Below, piece after piece: positions 51,802 through 61,983 of a DNA stretch of 64,000 nt. The stretch lies in the NCBI GenBank assembly GCA_963663765.2, contig CAXXUA010000004.1, forward strand, positions 960,001-1,024,000. Reading direction: 5' to 3'. The notes under the pieces were generated by a model. The model searched no databases, was not told the origin of the DNA, and saw only the letters and a list, made by a program, of their open reading frames with translations. The DNA is from Candidatus Poribacteria bacterium (lineage in GTDB: Bacteria > Poribacteria > WGA-4E > WGA-3G). Position 1 is the first letter of the stretch. The number at the start of each line of letters is the position of its first letter. The position numbers and the translations under genes were made by a program.

Positions 51802-51860
51802 TCGTGGAATTTTATCACAATCAATTTGGCATGTCAAGAACATCATCTTAAAATATTAAA

Positions 51861-52317
51861 CAGGACTTACGCAAAAACGGTAGGCGGGGAATGACTAAAT
51901 GGCATTCATACCGTTGATTTGGTGCTTTGTAAGCGCGCACCCGATGGTAGGCGTGCTTTGTAAGCGCGCCCCCGACGGTAGGCGTGCTTTGTAAGCGCGC
52001 ACCCGATGGTAGGCGTGCTTTGTAAGCACGGTATGCACATCAAGTCCCAATAGCGCGCTTACAAAGCACGCTTACCATTGCCTATGACATCTACCACAAA
52101 TTCTATTGACAGATGCCGAAGATTGCTATAAGATAAACTCATAATGAACTCATAACGAGTAACATCTAATCATTGTCACCTGCTTCGGAATACTGAAGAT
52201 TTAGTTACCTTCTCTGCGCCTACTCCCTACTGGTATTTGGCAGATGATTTAGCAAATGGGGGAGGATCAGTTTCCGTGAGTGGAACCCGTATTGATGATG
52301 ATAGTGCGTAAGTCCTG
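51861..52317. mobile_element. MITE with CAGGACTTACGCA TIRs (copy B) carrying a REP array
   Basis: CAGGACTTACGCA ... TGCGTAAGTCCTG; four tandem GGTAGGCGTGCTTTGTAAGCGCGC units plus an inverted copy (52053-52076). Confidence 0.8.
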
Positions 52318-52391
52318 ATAAAGAAAGGAGATTTCTCTTGAAATTGAAATGTCAATTGTCCCATGTGAAATGTCCACCTTAATCTTTATGT

Positions 52392-52609
52392 TAACGCAAG
52401 TTGCTACCTATAAGGTTTAGACGAATAAACACCGTTTCCTATAGAGTATAATACACTTTTCGGTAGTATTTGTAGCACAAACTGTTAGTTTGTGCATCTT
52501 TATGACGCAAACTAACAGTTTGCGTTACAAAATATAGGCTATTTATCAGACTTTTTTGATAATAGATGGTGTTTCTATGTCTAATTATTGTAGGTAGCAA
52601 CTTGGGTTA
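52392..52609. mobile_element. About 218-bp MITE (copy 2)
   Basis: Near-identical to 45432-45650, same orientation. Confidence 0.85.
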
Positions 52610-52627
52610 TTATAGTATTTTGTATAT

Positions 52628-53184
52628 ATGAAAAGCGAAAAAACAGATAAATCCCAAGAACTCCCCCATTCCATCAGTGACGCAGCTTGGAAAAGCCATT
52701 CTCGTTGATAGCACGATGGTGCGTGTCCACTCCTGCTCAGCCGGTGCACCTAAAAAAAGGAGGACAAGAAACACAAGCACTTGGTCGGAGCCGGGGCGGA
52801 TTTACCACGAAACTAAATCTATCTCTCAGCGATGAATGGATACCTCTCAGGTTTACTTTGACAGCAGGACAATGCCATGATATTACGCAAGCATCTGCGC
52901 TGATCAAAGGTTTTTCTTATCTGTATGTGATAGGAGATAAAGCCTACGATTCGGATGCTTTTATAGAGGAGATTGTCTCCAACAATGCGACGGCTGTGAT
53001 ACCGCCGCGCAAAAATCGCACTGAAATACGCACCTATGACAAAGAGTTATATAAACGGCGAAACAAAATAGAACGTTTCTTTCATCAATTAAAACAGTAT
53101 CGTCGTGTAGCAACACGTTATGATAAATACACAGACCGGTATCTCGGTATTGTATATTTCGCATCAATTCTCATAACAATATAA
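52628..53184 (+). pseudogene. Internally deleted IS5-family (IS427-like) transposase
   Basis: OrfA start MKSEK...ISDAAW joins directly to ILVDSTMVRVHSCSAGA; A7G slippery site; OrfB LGRSRGGFTTK, GDKAYDSD, YKRRNKIERFF, RRVATRYDK; right end ATGTAAACACTACCTAG. Confidence 0.8.
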
Positions 53185-53301
53185 GAATATGTAAACACTA
53201 CCTAGTCAAAAATAAGGCGTGGGACAGATATTGGATGCAACGCCCACAAGCAGCATGAAATTTATAACCAAAACTTTACACACCCGATTCTATTTTATTT
53301 C

Positions 53302-53330
53302 TTGACTCATTTGTAAAACTAAGGTATCGT
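53302..53330 (+). promoter_or_regulatory. Putative promoter of the cas operon
   Basis: TTGACT, 17-nt spacer, TATCGT, about 50 nt upstream of ATG 53382. Confidence 0.4.
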
Positions 53331-53381
53331 TAAATGACTTAATGATATTTGAAACATTTGATTTATGCAGAGGGACGCAGA

Positions 53382-55244
53382 ATGAACATCTATGTGGGCA
53401 ACGTGCCTTATACAGTAACAGAAAAGGATTTAGAAGAACTATTCAAAAAACATGGCGAAGTAACAAGTGCCAAAATCATAAATCATCTTAACGGCAGATC
53501 CAAGGGTTTCGGCTTCGTAGATATGCCAAACGAAGACCAAGCCAATCCCGCAATGAAAGCACTGGACGGTTCTGAGTTCAGGGGACGTCAATTAAGAGTT
53601 AACCCCGCCCGTCCACTCGGACAACAACGCCGACAATCGACACGGCAACCACAGCAACGACCACCCCGTCCACGTCAAACCGATCCGCCAAAATCCCAGA
53701 CAAAATCTACTGACAAGTTTCATAATCCCTATACCTTTGTGCCGACACCGTCACGCGACAATGTAATAGATCAAGACATTTTCGCCGCAGATTTTGATCC
53801 TCTGAAAAAAGGGCTGAACCACGCAACACTGCAAGATAATCTATGGACAGGACACATTCCGATAAAACTTACCGCCACGACACCATTAGTCCTACTCAAG
53901 AGTGAGGGTAGAGACGAAGACGCAACAGATGCACCCTACAGTGTACATTCACGTATTCCAGAGTCATCCCTGCGTGGCATGCTCCGCAGTGCTTATGAAA
54001 CTATTACGAATTCACGTTACAGCAGCTTCCGAAATAATGAAAAACTAGAATATCGTATGGGAAGAGAGAAACTCCCTTACCCTAAAAGTCCAGACGCGCT
54101 TCTCGATTCCTCGTTGAAACCTGCAAATAAACTTACTAAGTTATCCCCAGCAGACCGATTGTTCGGATGGACACCGCCACCCAACAGTAGTGATAAAAGC
54201 AGTGATAGCGGATACAAGAGTCGACTTCGAATCGTCTGTGATGATGTTGAACCCGCGGATCCCCTAAACCCTTTTCAGGATGACCCACTACCCCTTACTA
54301 TCTTAGGAACACCGAAACCTGAGCAAGGACGTTTTTATGTTGCCAAAGATGACAAAGGAACTCCGCAAGATGATGGTCTCAATAAAGAAGAGGCTGGATA
54401 TAGTAGTGGTAAAGGTTTGCGTGGGCGTAAACATTTCTGGCATCACAAAAATTTAGACAAAGACTATTGGGACCAAACAGGTGATGATAGCACTCGTGAA
54501 TATATACGCGCGAACAGAGAAAAAGACTCTCAAAATCGTAGCATCAATGCTTGGATCAAACCCGACACTACATTTCATGCATCTATATATGTCCAGAACT
54601 TACAGCAGGCAGAAATCGGTGCACTTCTATGGCTTTTAACACTCCCAGACGAATACCATTTCAGACTTGGATACGGAAAACCTTTAGGATTTGGCAGTGT
54701 GAAAATTAAGATTGACAATGACGACTGCCTACCACTTGGCACGTGTTCCGACTGGAAAGCATATTACTCACAACTGGAGGCATCACCTCCTGCTACAATG
54801 GATAAAGCAAAACGAGATGAATGTATCAATAAATTCAAGGATAGTATGGTGTCGGCATATTCACCAAAGCAAGAGAACGATGCAGAAGATGACAGCGACA
54901 TCAAAAAGACCTTATCCAACCTTTCTATGGCAGATCAACTCAAAAGCACACTGGAACAAACATCTGAAGGCAAAGCGGTGCTTGACGAAACGCAGTTTGA
55001 TAAACTCCGTTTTGTTGAGGGGTTCCTACAGGTTCTGAAAGGTCCGGATACGGGCTATCCAATCCATTATCCGCGTCGGAATCGTGAACCTGATGAAAAA
55101 GGTAATAACTATGAGTGGTTTATGGATAATGAGAACGGTAGAAATCGTTATGAAGATGGCGAAAAGCTTGCATTACCAGATGTATCTGACGATGAAGGTT
55201 TACCTTATATTCCATGCAAGCCAAAGCCAAGAAGAAGAAATTGA
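53382..55244 (+). CDS. RRM domain fused to a type III-D TIGR03986-like Cas7 (RAMP) protein
   Basis: RNP2 IYVGNV and RNP1 KGFGFVDM; Q/R/P linker; FHNPYTFVP; IPESSLRGMLRSAYE; SPADRLFG; LRGRKHFWH; RLGYGKPLGFGSV. Confidence 0.88.
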   Translation: MNIYVGNVPYTVTEKDLEELFKKHGEVTSAKIINHLNGRSKGFGFVDMPNEDQANPAMKALDGSEFRGRQLRVNPARPLGQQRRQSTRQPQQRPPRPRQTDPPKSQTKSTDKFHNPYTFVPTPSRDNVIDQDIFAADFDPLKKGLNHATLQDNLWTGHIPIKLTATTPLVLLKSEGRDEDATDAPYSVHSRIPESSLRGMLRSAYETITNSRYSSFRNNEKLEYRMGREKLPYPKSPDALLDSSLKPANKLTKLSPADRLFGWTPPPNSSDKSSDSGYKSRLRIVCDDVEPADPLNPFQDDPLPLTILGTPKPEQGRFYVAKDDKGTPQDDGLNKEEAGYSSGKGLRGRKHFWHHKNLDKDYWDQTGDDSTREYIRANREKDSQNRSINAWIKPDTTFHASIYVQNLQQAEIGALLWLLTLPDEYHFRLGYGKPLGFGSVKIKIDNDDCLPLGTCSDWKAYYSQLEASPPATMDKAKRDECINKFKDSMVSAYSPKQENDAEDDSDIKKTLSNLSMADQLKSTLEQTSEGKAVLDETQFDKLRFVEGFLQVLKGPDTGYPIHYPRRNREPDEKGNNYEWFMDNENGRNRYEDGEKLALPDVSDDEGLPYIPCKPKPRRRN

Positions 55245-55281
55245 ATTTCATATAGACTTGCATATGGAGGTAACCTGAACA

Positions 55282-56385
55282 GTGGCAACGCAACTTATCA
55301 TGACTGTCGGCACCAATGCATTACCTATCTGGGTCGCTTGGTATCATCTGAAGGGTAAACTGAAACAACCTGTAAAAGTCCAATTTATCTATACAAATGA
55401 CACGGAACCACAAAGAGACTCATTGCGCAGGTTCTGTGATAACGCACAATTCGGAACAGACATAAAAACGTCGCCAGGGGACCCATCCACCGTCCGTGGA
55501 GATATCAGGAAGCAAATATTGAATTGTTTAGATCAAAAAACGACACATCTTCATGTGCATTACACAAGCGGTACCAAGGTTATGGGGGTTGAGACAGTCT
55601 CAGCTATTGAAGAAAGAATAGCAAACAAAGCTTGCTTAAATTTAGAAACCACTTATTTAGATCCACGCGGTGACAAGGGACCGCGCCTCCTTAGTAGAAC
55701 AAACGTTTATCAAGAAGATGCTCGGATGGGTGTTAAACCAACACTTGATCGCATAGCAAATCTAAACGGATTTACTCCCGCACCTTTTACCCACGAATAT
55801 TGGAACAGAGAAGATAGCAGATGGATTAGAGATGAAAAACTAGCTCCTGCTGAACTTGATCGTGATCAAGAGGCAGATGGAAATAATGTTATAGATAGCA
55901 TGAGGAGAGGAGTGTGGGGCGCTATGGATCCAACACACTTTGAATATGCGGCTTATGTCGCACTTAACCAAGCGCTTGAAGCTATAAAAGCAGCTAATTC
56001 AGAGCGATCCAACTACAGGATCTACCATAATGTGTTTGTCCGAAGAACTAGTGCGGATCAACGGGATAGGATCTTTGAACTGGATGTTGTCGCGGTATTA
56101 GGATATCAAATCCTTGTTGTTTCATGCACACTTGAAACAGGACCTGCGGCGATTAAGGAAAAAGGAATGGAAGTCATCCTACGTTCAAGGCAGCTTGGCG
56201 GTGATGAGGCACAAGCCATCGTTCTCTGCAAAGGCTATTCTGAAATTACAGAACGCGTTGAGAAAGAATTGTACGATGAAATCGGAAGTGCAGGTCGACC
56301 TTTACGGATATGGGGAACAAACAAGTGGATAAAGCTACAAAACGAATTCAAGCAATACTTACGAAATGACCTCCATTGGCACTAA
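55282..56385 (+). CDS. CARF + restriction-endonuclease-like effector (Card1/Can2, DUF1887-like)
   Basis: CARF motifs IMTVGTNALP and HYTSGTKVM; nuclease motif FELDVVAVLGYQILVVSCT; RQLGG. Confidence 0.8.
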   Translation: MATQLIMTVGTNALPIWVAWYHLKGKLKQPVKVQFIYTNDTEPQRDSLRRFCDNAQFGTDIKTSPGDPSTVRGDIRKQILNCLDQKTTHLHVHYTSGTKVMGVETVSAIEERIANKACLNLETTYLDPRGDKGPRLLSRTNVYQEDARMGVKPTLDRIANLNGFTPAPFTHEYWNREDSRWIRDEKLAPAELDRDQEADGNNVIDSMRRGVWGAMDPTHFEYAAYVALNQALEAIKAANSERSNYRIYHNVFVRRTSADQRDRIFELDVVAVLGYQILVVSCTLETGPAAIKEKGMEVILRSRQLGGDEAQAIVLCKGYSEITERVEKELYDEIGSAGRPLRIWGTNKWIKLQNEFKQYLRNDLHWH

Positions 56386-56404
56386 CAGAAAGGCAACAAT
56401 ATCA

Positions 56405-57985
56405 ATGTCAGTAAAATGTATCACACTCCTTGGCACTGTCAGTGTCCAACAATATATCTTTCAGAGCAACAGGTTGAAGGAAATCATCGGCGCATCGTAT
56501 TTGGCAAAACACTGGTTTGATGACGGATTGATTCATGTAATTCAGCAGTCACGACACTCTTTAGATAGAGACGTATGGGACGCATACAAACAGAACCCAT
56601 CCATCACACAATCTGATGTGGAGGAAAACACCGAATCGGATGTCCAGATTATCTACATCGGCGGCGGTAATGCTGCTCTACTCTGCAAGGACAAAGACAC
56701 CGCTGCAGACGTCGTTCAAAAATGGAGTTATGCAATACTCAATAAAGCGCCCGGGCTCCGAGTCGCTGTTGGATTTGGTGAGGTAAACAACTCGTTATAT
56801 AAGGCATACGATGAAGCACGGAAACAACTAAACAAGTGTGAGGAAGCACTCCCTTACGGCGCAGAATTGGGAAGGCTACCTATCATTCGCTCCTGTTCAA
56901 CAACTGGTTTACCAGCAAGTATAAACGCCAGAGAGGAAAACAATCGAGTAATTCGGATATCTAAGGAAGCAGCAAGTAAAAGAGAACAGGTCGGCACAAC
57001 AAACAATCCAGGGAAAGCACGGCAGACTATTACGAAGGAGTTCAAGTCCGTTCTTAAAGAGAACCAACATTTCGCTTCAGATTTTGATGCCGAATTAGGC
57101 GGCGGTGATGGGCATTCCTATATGGCTGTCGTTCACGCAGATGGAAACGGGATGGGTGACCTCCTACAGGCAGCAGTGAAGGGTGCGCCTGAAGATCAAT
57201 TCCTCCATTTCATCAGAAGGTTTTCCGCATCTGTCTCAATGTTGTCTAAAAACGCTTTTGAGAGAACACTCCAACACTTCCAAAATAAGTTAAAGTTGCC
57301 ATTGAAAGGAATCAAAGAAAAGGATAACGTTTTTCCGCTCCGTCCAATCGTCTATGGTGGTGATGATTTGACCTTTGTTTGTGATGGAAGGGTTGGACTG
57401 CACCTAACGCAACACTACCTACAAGAATTCACAAAAGATCCAATAAAAGTCGGGGATGGAGTCAAACACATTGATGCATGTGCAGGTGTCGCTATTGTGC
57501 ATACAAAGTTCCCGATCGCACAAGCCTACAGTTTCGCAGACGAACTCTGTGCAAATGCAAAATCAGAACGTCGTAAGAAGGGCAATCAGAACGGGAGTTG
57601 GATGGATTTTCAGATAGTCCAAGCAGGTGTAACGGGTTCTGTCAACACTATCAGAAACACACAGTATCGCACCTTGACAGGGGCGCAACTTCATCAAAGA
57701 CCCTATCAAGTGCCAGAAAAGTGGACAGTTGTTGTTGAGATCTTGCGCGAGTTCCAATCTGATAAATGGCCGCGGAGCCGTGCGAAAAGTCTCATGCACG
57801 CCCTCACAAAGGGTTCAGATGAAACAGAACGTTTTGTCAAAGCAGCAAATTGGAGAGGTATTGAATTACCATCTGCTGAGGAACGACAGACTGGATGGTC
57901 AGGTGGTATAGAGGAAGAAAAAACAACACCATATTTTGATCCACTTGAGGTACTGGATTACTATCTAAAAGAACTCCTAAATTAA
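56405..57985 (+). CDS. cas10: Cas10 (HD-less, type III-D) with an intact GGDD cyclase motif
   Basis: VQQYIFQSNRLKEIIGAS; YIGGGNA; AVVHADGNGMG; RPIVYGGDDLTF; CAGVAIVH; MDFQIV. Confidence 0.92.
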   Translation: MSVKCITLLGTVSVQQYIFQSNRLKEIIGASYLAKHWFDDGLIHVIQQSRHSLDRDVWDAYKQNPSITQSDVEENTESDVQIIYIGGGNAALLCKDKDTAADVVQKWSYAILNKAPGLRVAVGFGEVNNSLYKAYDEARKQLNKCEEALPYGAELGRLPIIRSCSTTGLPASINAREENNRVIRISKEAASKREQVGTTNNPGKARQTITKEFKSVLKENQHFASDFDAELGGGDGHSYMAVVHADGNGMGDLLQAAVKGAPEDQFLHFIRRFSASVSMLSKNAFERTLQHFQNKLKLPLKGIKEKDNVFPLRPIVYGGDDLTFVCDGRVGLHLTQHYLQEFTKDPIKVGDGVKHIDACAGVAIVHTKFPIAQAYSFADELCANAKSERRKKGNQNGSWMDFQIVQAGVTGSVNTIRNTQYRTLTGAQLHQRPYQVPEKWTVVVEILREFQSDKWPRSRAKSLMHALTKGSDETERFVKAANWRGIELPSAEERQTGWSGGIEEEKTTPYFDPLEVLDYYLKELLN

Positions 57986-58060
57986 TCAGATTGTGTCTTT
58001 ATTTGAAGTGTAGCATATTCTTCCAGATTGTGTATATAGACTACAACAGGAAAACACAGA

Positions 58061-60454
58061 ATGATCAAATACGTATTGGAAATAAAACTTATCTCACCAC
58101 TAACATCTGCCGCAGGTGAAGGACGAGTCGGCTTAGTTGACCGAGATATTGCTTTTGACAAATTAGGACTACCAATTCTCCCCGGTAGACGACTCAAAGG
58201 ACTGTGGCGCGACGCATATCGCGATGTTGTGGATGCATGGCATCAGTGTGGAAACGACACTACGCCAGTTGAACAGGTTTTCGGGGAAATAGGACAGAGA
58301 CCTTATCACGGAGACGCATGCATTCATATCGCAAATGCTGAATTAAAGCATATTTTGTCTTTGAAGGAATGGTTAGCATACTTACAACATCCCAAGATTC
58401 GGAAACTCCATCCAGATGATGTCGTGCAACACTATGCAACTGTGCGTGCACAAACAGCAATTGAAAGGCTCACGGGGGCTGCAAAAGAAAACACGCTACG
58501 TCTAACACGAACTTTAAAACAAGATTTAGTCTTCTGGGCACCCGTCAACTTTGCAGATATAACGCCTGACGACCCATTGCTACAAGCATTAGCACTCGCA
58601 GCCGCTGCACTCAATTATATGGGAACAGCACGTACAAGAGGACTTGGAAAAGTCAATTGCCGGTTTATTGAGATTAAACCAAACTCCGAAGAAAAGGATC
58701 TCAAGCCACAGTTAAACACAAATGTCCTTCCATCCATTAAAAGCACTGTTTTAGCGAAATCTACCGTGAACCCCGTAACACCAACAACACATACAGGCAA
58801 TACATCCTGCAAAACACCCACTCACATATTACGATATCGTCTGAAGTTGACATCGGCAACCGTTATACCAACATCAGAGGGTGATCCGAATACTGTCGTT
58901 AGCCGTCATGACATCCCAGGAAGTCATCTATGGGGAATTGCTGCATGGTCTTATCTCAATCAACCAAATCAATCCGCTGCAGATCCTACCTTTCGCAAGA
59001 CTTTTCTCAATGGAGGTTTACGTTTCTTAAATGCATATCCAGAAGCAATTGATAACCAGCAGCGTATGATCCCAATACCACATTCCATCCGCAAATCCAA
59101 AAAATCCGATAATACACTCTATGACTTGGTTGAACAGCCACCAAAGGACGAACCCATAAGAAGGTTAGGTTCGGTCTATGCAAGAATGGGCGATGATGGT
59201 TTAGAGACACAATCGGTGAAGACAGAACGTAATTATCATCATGCGCGTGCGGCGAATGACCGAAGCAAAGGACGCGCACTCGGTGCGGAAGTCACAGATG
59301 GAGGAACACTCTTTACATACAACGCTATCCAACCTGAGCAGACTTTTCAGGGCACAGTTTTGGGGTCAGAAGAGGACTTGGCGCAATTGAAATCTTGGCT
59401 ACAGAGTCCAAGAACAGTCCGGATCGGTAGGTCTCGCAGCGCGCAATACGGCGAGGCGGAATTTGAATGGATAGATGATAACCCACTGTCCTATGAAGAT
59501 CTTATAGAATGGAGCGGATTCACTGTGGCACAACCCGGAGAAGCACAACCCGACACCCTTGAAAAACGCTTAATTATTACAACATTATCACCTTTATTAG
59601 CAGTTAACGAAAACGGACATCCGACTGCAGTCTTTCCCATACAGGAATTAGCCAATGCTTTAGGAATACAGGATAATGGCACTCCGAAACTCTTGAAAAG
59701 TTATACCAGAACTGAAGTTAACAGTGGATACAATACACATCTACGGTTACCGCGTCAGCAGTCTCAAGTAATCGCTGCGGGAAGTGTCTTTAAATTTGAA
59801 TTAGATGAAAAAATAACGGATGCACAATTGATGGAATTGGAGCGAAACGGATTAGGACTCCGTAAAGCAGAAGGCTTTGGACGTATCGCTATAAATCGGC
59901 TACATTTAGGCGGTGAAGAAAAGCAACTGGATGACCCGAACAACGTTAATACGCCTGATAAACCTGAATTAAACATGCCATCTGACCTTTCGCACATTCT
60001 AAAACAGATCGTGATGACATATTGCAGAACTGAAATGCAAAACAATGCAAGGGAGATTACAACCAAATTACCAAAGCAAAATATACCGAGTAACGCTTTG
60101 TTAGGACGACTAAAGTTATTCTTCCAACACGGTACCATAGAAGATAGTTTAGAACAACTGCGAAAGCCAGCAAAGGAACAATTAACGAGCTATCAGATTG
60201 ACATGCGTGAGTGTAATTTGTCTGAATTACCTAATGAACAGACACTATTTGGCATATTTAAGAATGCAGATACTCAACCAAACAAGTTTACGAAGAATAT
60301 GATTGAAACCAAAGTTAACGAACTGGCAGGCGACTTTGATGAAGATACACGCAACGAGATAATTCAAACAATGGTAAATGAACAAAGCACCAAATTATGC
60401 AAAGAATTTCTTGACTACCTGACTACAGCACTGCGCCGAAAATCAAGAGGTTAA
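58061..60454 (+). CDS. csx10: Cas7-Cas5(Csx10)-Cas11-like fusion
   Basis: N-terminal RAMP (DKLGLPILPGRRLKG...GTARTRGLG); central Csx10 (IPGSHLWG, IGRSRSAQYG, AAGSVF, GLGLRKAEGFG); helical C-terminus (PSNALLGRL). Confidence 0.82.
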   Translation: MIKYVLEIKLISPLTSAAGEGRVGLVDRDIAFDKLGLPILPGRRLKGLWRDAYRDVVDAWHQCGNDTTPVEQVFGEIGQRPYHGDACIHIANAELKHILSLKEWLAYLQHPKIRKLHPDDVVQHYATVRAQTAIERLTGAAKENTLRLTRTLKQDLVFWAPVNFADITPDDPLLQALALAAAALNYMGTARTRGLGKVNCRFIEIKPNSEEKDLKPQLNTNVLPSIKSTVLAKSTVNPVTPTTHTGNTSCKTPTHILRYRLKLTSATVIPTSEGDPNTVVSRHDIPGSHLWGIAAWSYLNQPNQSAADPTFRKTFLNGGLRFLNAYPEAIDNQQRMIPIPHSIRKSKKSDNTLYDLVEQPPKDEPIRRLGSVYARMGDDGLETQSVKTERNYHHARAANDRSKGRALGAEVTDGGTLFTYNAIQPEQTFQGTVLGSEEDLAQLKSWLQSPRTVRIGRSRSAQYGEAEFEWIDDNPLSYEDLIEWSGFTVAQPGEAQPDTLEKRLIITTLSPLLAVNENGHPTAVFPIQELANALGIQDNGTPKLLKSYTRTEVNSGYNTHLRLPRQQSQVIAAGSVFKFELDEKITDAQLMELERNGLGLRKAEGFGRIAINRLHLGGEEKQLDDPNNVNTPDKPELNMPSDLSHILKQIVMTYCRTEMQNNAREITTKLPKQNIPSNALLGRLKLFFQHGTIEDSLEQLRKPAKEQLTSYQIDMRECNLSELPNEQTLFGIFKNADTQPNKFTKNMIETKVNELAGDFDEDTRNEIIQTMVNEQSTKLCKEFLDYLTTALRRKSRG

Positions 60455-60465
60455 TACCGAATACC

Positions 60466-61983
60466 ATGACAAACACAACACACCAAATACCCAAAGATGC
60501 CGTAAAATCTAGGATCTATGCAAAAGGCATCTGGAAACTTGAATCTGTCGCACACTTCGGCGGCGAAGACACAGGCATTGCAGACATGTGTCTCCTACAA
60601 GATAAAGACGGCAAACCCTTTATACCAGGCGCATCTATCGCAGGAGCAGGACGGAGTCTCCTTGCTCATCAGTGCCTAACGTGGTCAGAATATATAAACG
60701 GTATATCAAAGGAAACACCAGAACTCAAACGTCTCTTCGGAGGTGCGGACGAGAAAGACACCATGAGCGCACTCATCTTTGCAGACGCAGTATGTGTCAC
60801 CAAAAAACCCGCAACAACCGTCCGTGATGGAGTCCGTATTGATACCGATTCTGGAACTGCGTTTGATAAGGCGAAGTTTGATGTTGAAGTCGTCGAACGT
60901 GGCACAGAATTCAATATAGAACTGGAATGTATTCTCCGTCAAGCAGACTCCGAACAGGAAGCAACTCTCAGAAGGCTGTTTGCAGCACTCCTCTATGCTT
61001 TTGAACAAGGCGACATCCGACTCGGTGCACGTACTCGAAGAGGTTACGGACAAGGCAAAGTTGAAACTTGGCAAACACGAGATCTACAGATGGACAACCC
61101 GCAGGATGTCATGTCATGGCTACATGACGATGTCTGGAAATATAAACAAGCACAAACCACATTAAAGCCACAACCGTTATCTGAAGATCAACGGAAATTC
61201 TTCCGTATAGAAGCTGACTTTGCACTCCGTACTTCGCTTCTTATCCGAAGTTCCTCTGGAGAACCAAAAGACCCAGACATGGTGCATCTGCACTCCAACG
61301 GAAAACCCGTCATCCCCGGCACATCCTTTTCGGGTGCATTCCGCCACCGAGCAGCCTTGATCGCAAAGATTCTGAATTGGACACACAAAGAGGGTGAAGA
61401 TGTTACCAGTGAGATGTTCGGTGCTGTTCATGACCATGATAAAAAAACAGACGACACGGAACAAACAGAACTATGGGCAAGTCGCGTGACAATAGAAGAA
61501 CAATTGGTGGAAAATGTGAAACCGATATGGCAAGACCGCGTCGCAATTGATCGCTTTACGGGTGGTAGCCTACAAAGTGCGTTGTTCAATCAGAAACCCG
61601 TATATCCTTGTCCCATCAAAGCAGAAACAGAAACCAACGTCAGACTGATACTCACAATAGAGGAACCGATGCATGCAGAAATCGGATTGTTGCTATTAAC
61701 CATGCGCGACTTCTGGCACGGCAATGCTACACTTGGCGGAGAGGCAAGCAACGGACGCGGCACACTACAAGGACTCAATGCTACATTGACATATAAGGAC
61801 ACAGACATATCATCCGATGCAAAACAATGGCAATTATCAAACAATGGCAAACACATGATAGTTGAAAGTGGCGATGCTGCATGCCTTCAATCCTATGTGG
61901 AAGCAGCCCAGAAATATGAAAACAATCCAGAAGCATCACGACGACCGGAAAACCAGAATCAGGAGGATACCGATGCCAAATAG
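60466..61983 (+). CDS. cas7: Tandem Cas7-Cas7 (double Csm3-like RAMP)
   Basis: Two RAMPs: PFIPGASIAG...RDGVRID...LGARTRRGYG and PVIPGTSFSG...RVAIDRFTGG...LGGEASNGRG. Confidence 0.88.
   Translation: MTNTTHQIPKDAVKSRIYAKGIWKLESVAHFGGEDTGIADMCLLQDKDGKPFIPGASIAGAGRSLLAHQCLTWSEYINGISKETPELKRLFGGADEKDTMSALIFADAVCVTKKPATTVRDGVRIDTDSGTAFDKAKFDVEVVERGTEFNIELECILRQADSEQEATLRRLFAALLYAFEQGDIRLGARTRRGYGQGKVETWQTRDLQMDNPQDVMSWLHDDVWKYKQAQTTLKPQPLSEDQRKFFRIEADFALRTSLLIRSSSGEPKDPDMVHLHSNGKPVIPGTSFSGAFRHRAALIAKILNWTHKEGEDVTSEMFGAVHDHDKKTDDTEQTELWASRVTIEEQLVENVKPIWQDRVAIDRFTGGSLQSALFNQKPVYPCPIKAETETNVRLILTIEEPMHAEIGLLLLTMRDFWHGNATLGGEASNGRGTLQGLNATLTYKDTDISSDAKQWQLSNNGKHMIVESGDAACLQSYVEAAQKYENNPEASRRPENQNQEDTDAK

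Noticed and set aside
51879-52076. CRISPR array belonging to the nearby type III locus
   Set aside because: It is the same REP unit with 7-bp linkers, located inside a MITE, with no spacers.
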